A stretch of DNA of 37,099 bases from an uncultured Oscillospiraceae bacterium (GTDB lineage: Bacteria; Bacillota; Clostridia; Oscillospirales; CAG-382): positions 1-37,099 of the forward strand of contig CAYNXA010000001.1 of assembly GCA_964401015.1 (NCBI GenBank), in the 5' to 3' direction. Below are positions 34,796 to 37,099 of this stretch, piece by piece. The position numbers and the translations under genes are program-made. Under the pieces are notes generated by a model. That model had not been told where the DNA came from. It saw only the letters and a list, made by a program, of their open reading frames with translations, and made no database searches. How positions within the stretch are numbered: position 1 is the stretch's first letter; each line of letters begins with the position of its first letter.

Positions 34796-35377
34796 TCAAA
34801 TCGTTTCGGTATACAAAACGTGTTCGATCGAGGAACGAACCAAGTCGAATTGTTCGTCGCTCATTTCGTAACTGCCGTTTTCATGCGGCAAAAGAGTGGC
34901 GCCGAAGAGAACGGAATATGCCATGAAAATGCGCTTTGCGACTTGCTCTTCGGTTTGCGCGGTCTCGACGGTATATTGCCCGATGACTTTCCGTATACAA
35001 GGGGCGATATGCCACGGGGAGCGGCTGTCGGTATTTTCGTCGTAATAAAAGACCACGTGTCGGAATTTCGGATTGGCATTCAAAAAGCGCAAGTAGCCGA
35101 TACAACTTTCGCAAAGTTGGCGGCGTGTATCGCCCGCGTAAGCACGCAAAATTTCGTGCGCGACCAGTTCCCACTGCTCGTCGATGTAATCGCGGATCGC
35201 CCGTACCAGCCCCTCGCGACTGCCGAAGCGCTTATACGGTGCGGCGCAGGAAAGATGACAGGCGGCGGCAACTCGCCGCTGAGAAAAGCCGACGATGCCG
35301 TGCTCTTTGATTTCGTCGATGCCCGCGAGAATGAGTTGTTCGCGGACGGTTTGGGTATAACGAATGTCTTCGGTCAT
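34796..35377 (-). CDS. TetR/AcrR family transcriptional regulator
   Basis: 193 aa with an N-terminal HTH (ILAGIDEIKEHGIVGFSQRRVAAACHLSCAAPYKRFGSREGL). Confidence 0.85.
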   Translation of the reverse strand: MTEDIRYTQTVREQLILAGIDEIKEHGIVGFSQRRVAAACHLSCAAPYKRFGSREGLVRAIRDYIDEQWELVAHEILRAYAGDTRRQLCESCIGYLRFLNANPKFRHVVFYYDENTDSRSPWHIAPCIRKVIGQYTVETAQTEEQVAKRIFMAYSVLFGATLLPHENGSYEMSDEQFDLVRSSIEHVLYTETI

Positions 35378-35464
35378 AATGTTTCACTCTCGTTTTCGGA
35401 ATTTTCGGAAAGGTTGCCGATGTCGCCGTACGGACGAAATCGTGCGGTTCGACTTTGGACTTTT

Positions 35465-36283
35465 TCAGTGCGGCGCACGTTGCAATTGACCCGGCGGGTA
35501 GCCGTAACGAAGCTTAAAGACTCGCAAAAAGTTCGAAAGCGACGAAAAGCCGCTGGCAAAGCACGCTTCGGTGACCGAAATGCCGCCCGTGTCGAGTAGC
35601 TTTCGGGCGTATTGGAGTTTTATCTCGGTGACGTATTCTTTGTAGCGTTTGCCGGTGACGGCATGAAACCGTTCGCTCAAATAATTGGGCGTTACGCAGA
35701 GCTTTTCGGCAACGTCCGACAGCGACGGGTCATCGCGAAAATGCAAATGAATGAACGAAACGGCACGCGATACAAGGGGAATCTTACCGCCGATCTCATG
35801 ATTGCCGTTCACGTCGAAAAGACGCAGCAATTGAACGAACAAGAGCCCCAAAAGATGTTCGACGGCAACCGTGCCGAAGTTTTGGTCGGGAATTTGACAT
35901 TCCCGATACAGCATCTCGCAGATCTGCGTCAAGCGATAATAATCGTCCCCGCCGCAATCGACGAAGAATCCGCCTTTTCCGCCCGAAAAGGCGTGGATAA
36001 TGCTGTCGGGTAATTGTTCGTCGCAAAAGCAAATGTTGTAGACCGAGAGATCGTTTGCCGTGACCTCATGAAAATCGGTGGGGCTCAACAGGTAAGCCGA
36101 GCCGGCTTTCAACTCATACGGCACACCGTTCAAGATCTGGTGACCGCTTCCGCCCGTGACGACTTCCAATTCCCAACAATCGTGCCAATGAAGCTTCCAA
36201 AAACGGTCGGTCGTTTTTTTGAAGACCGAAACGCCGTAGCGGTTAAACAGACGGCTGTTATCAAGTAAAATCGCCTTTTCCAC
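35465..36283 (-). CDS. AraC family transcriptional regulator (cupin + HTH)
   Basis: C-terminal AraC HTH (LSDVAEKLCVTPNYLSERFHAVTGKRYKEYV...VTEACFASGFSSLSNFLRVFKLRYGYPPGQL). The preferred start is GTG at 36283, 11 nt after AGGAGG. The tracked TTG start at 36310 is the alternative. Confidence 0.8.
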   Translation of the reverse strand: MEKAILLDNSRLFNRYGVSVFKKTTDRFWKLHWHDCWELEVVTGGSGHQILNGVPYELKAGSAYLLSPTDFHEVTANDLSVYNICFCDEQLPDSIIHAFSGGKGGFFVDCGGDDYYRLTQICEMLYRECQIPDQNFGTVAVEHLLGLLFVQLLRLFDVNGNHEIGGKIPLVSRAVSFIHLHFRDDPSLSDVAEKLCVTPNYLSERFHAVTGKRYKEYVTEIKLQYARKLLDTGGISVTEACFASGFSSLSNFLRVFKLRYGYPPGQLQRAPH

Positions 36284-36553
36284 GACCGTACGGTCCTCCT
36301 CTTTTCGCAAAAGTATTTCACGTTATCAGTATACATCAAAATTATGGAAAAATCAATCGAAATCTTAAAAAATAATATAAAATGGAGCGTTTTCAAGAAG
36401 TATTTTCGATTCTTGCGTGTTATAATAGGGCAGAAATCGGGGTAGGCGGACTTTTGCGCGAGGCGATACGGTATCCCGAACCGCTTTTTTGAGAACGAAG
36501 CGGGCAAAGAAAATAGAAACGTATTCAAAATTCAAAACGAGAGGTGTTCTGTT

Positions 36554-37099
36554 ATGAAGCTGTTTATCGATACGGCGAACGTGGAAGAAATTCGTGAGGC
36601 GAACGATCTGGGCGTTATTTGCGGTGTCACCACCAACCCGACGCTTATTGCACGGGAGGGACGCGATTTCAAACAAGTGGTTACCGAAATTGCGGGCATT
36701 GTCGACGGACCGATATCCGCCGAAGTCATCAGCGACGATCACGAGGGTATGATACGCGAAGCACGCGAGCTTGCGAAGATCCATTCGAATATCGTCATCA
36801 AGATCCCCATGACGTTGGAAGGATTAAAGGCTGTTAAAGTGTTGTCGGGCGAAAATATTCGCACAAACGTCACGTTGATCTTCAGTGCGGCTCAAGCACT
36901 TTTGGCGGCGCGTGCGGGTGCTTCGTTTGTCAGTCCGTTTCTCGGCCGATTGGACGATATCGGTATGCTGGGCATGGAGCTTGTGGAAGAGATCGTCGAG
37001 ATCTTCTCGCTCCACGATATCCAAACCGAAATTATCGCGGCAAGCATTCGCAATCAGATTCATGTGATCGATGCGGCACGTGCCGGCGCGTGCGGGTGC
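36554..37099 (+). CDS. fsa: Fructose-6-phosphate aldolase / type 3B transaldolase, 3'-partial (runs off the window)
   Basis: Absent from the ORF track because no stop is reached. ATG at 36554 follows GAGAGGTG. My translation reads [33 protein letters not shown]...[10 protein letters not shown]...L...[36 protein letters not shown], which includes the Schiff-base Lys context KIP. Confidence 0.93.
   Translation, partial: MKLFIDTANVEEIREANDLGVICGVTTNPTLIAREGRDFKQVVTEIAGIVDGPISAEVISDDHEGMIREARELAKIHSNIVIKIPMTLEGLKAVKVLSGENIRTNVTLIFSAAQALLAARAGASFVSPFLGRLDDIGMLGMELVEEIVEIFSLHDIQTEIIAASIRNQIHVIDAARAGACGC

Noticed and set aside
36427-36553. Possible attenuator or riboswitch in the fsa leader (alternative pairings CCGCTT/AAGCGG, TCGGG/CCCGA, and a T6 run at about 36487).
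   Set aside because: The stems are short (4-6 bp) and mutually ambiguous. There is no convincing terminator and no motif of a known riboswitch class that I can recognise.
1-37099. Search by eye for tRNA/rRNA genes, CRISPR repeat-spacer arrays, transposases/integrases, terminal inverted repeats, toxin-antitoxin pairs or recognisable phage-defence genes.
   Set aside because: None found. All intergenic regions of 100 bp or more are accounted for by promoters, leaders or terminators. No regularly spaced repeats and no recombinase-like ORFs are present.

Overview
This 37.1-kb chromosomal segment looks like a Firmicutes/Clostridia-type genome of roughly 50% GC. That placement is inferred from gene order and protein motifs read by eye; no database search was run.

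Left third: the conserved operon rimP-nusA-ylxR-ylxQ-infB-rbfA. It is followed not by the usual nrnA/truB/ribF genes but by two translationally coupled single-pass membrane proteins, tentatively YycH/YycI-like, and then murA.

Middle: an accessory carbohydrate block.
- It contains tspO, an AraC regulator, a GH127 beta-L-arabinofuranosidase, a DUF4965/DUF1793 glutaminase-like hydrolase, aldose 1-epimerase, a leaderless GH10-like enzyme and an atypically long AraC regulator.
- Next comes a decayed ABC-2 exporter with 3 in-frame stops, at least 2 frameshifts and a probable internal deletion.
- Beside it sits an intact TetR gene whose promoter region carries two copies of an operator-like imperfect palindrome.

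Right third:
- An operon of an SPFH protein with zinc ribbons, a zinc-ribbon membrane protein and a TPM protein. It resembles B. subtilis YdjI/YdjG/YdjH but has no pspA.
- A convergent ARH-like plus macro-like fusion protein whose canonical active-site loops look degenerate.
- A redox operon encoding a 65-aa FTR-catalytic-like protein, thioredoxin and rubrerythrin.
- mntP with a terminator-containing leader, then yihY, pcrA, TetR, AraC and a 3'-truncated fsa/tal gene.

No rRNA, tRNA, CRISPR array, transposase or integrase was seen. The best candidates for something under-described are the ARH/macro fusion, the pspA-less SPFH/Zn-ribbon/TPM module, the orphan membrane-protein pair after rbfA, and the very Cys-rich partial ORF at the left edge. 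All of these need profile or structure searches before any claim of novelty.
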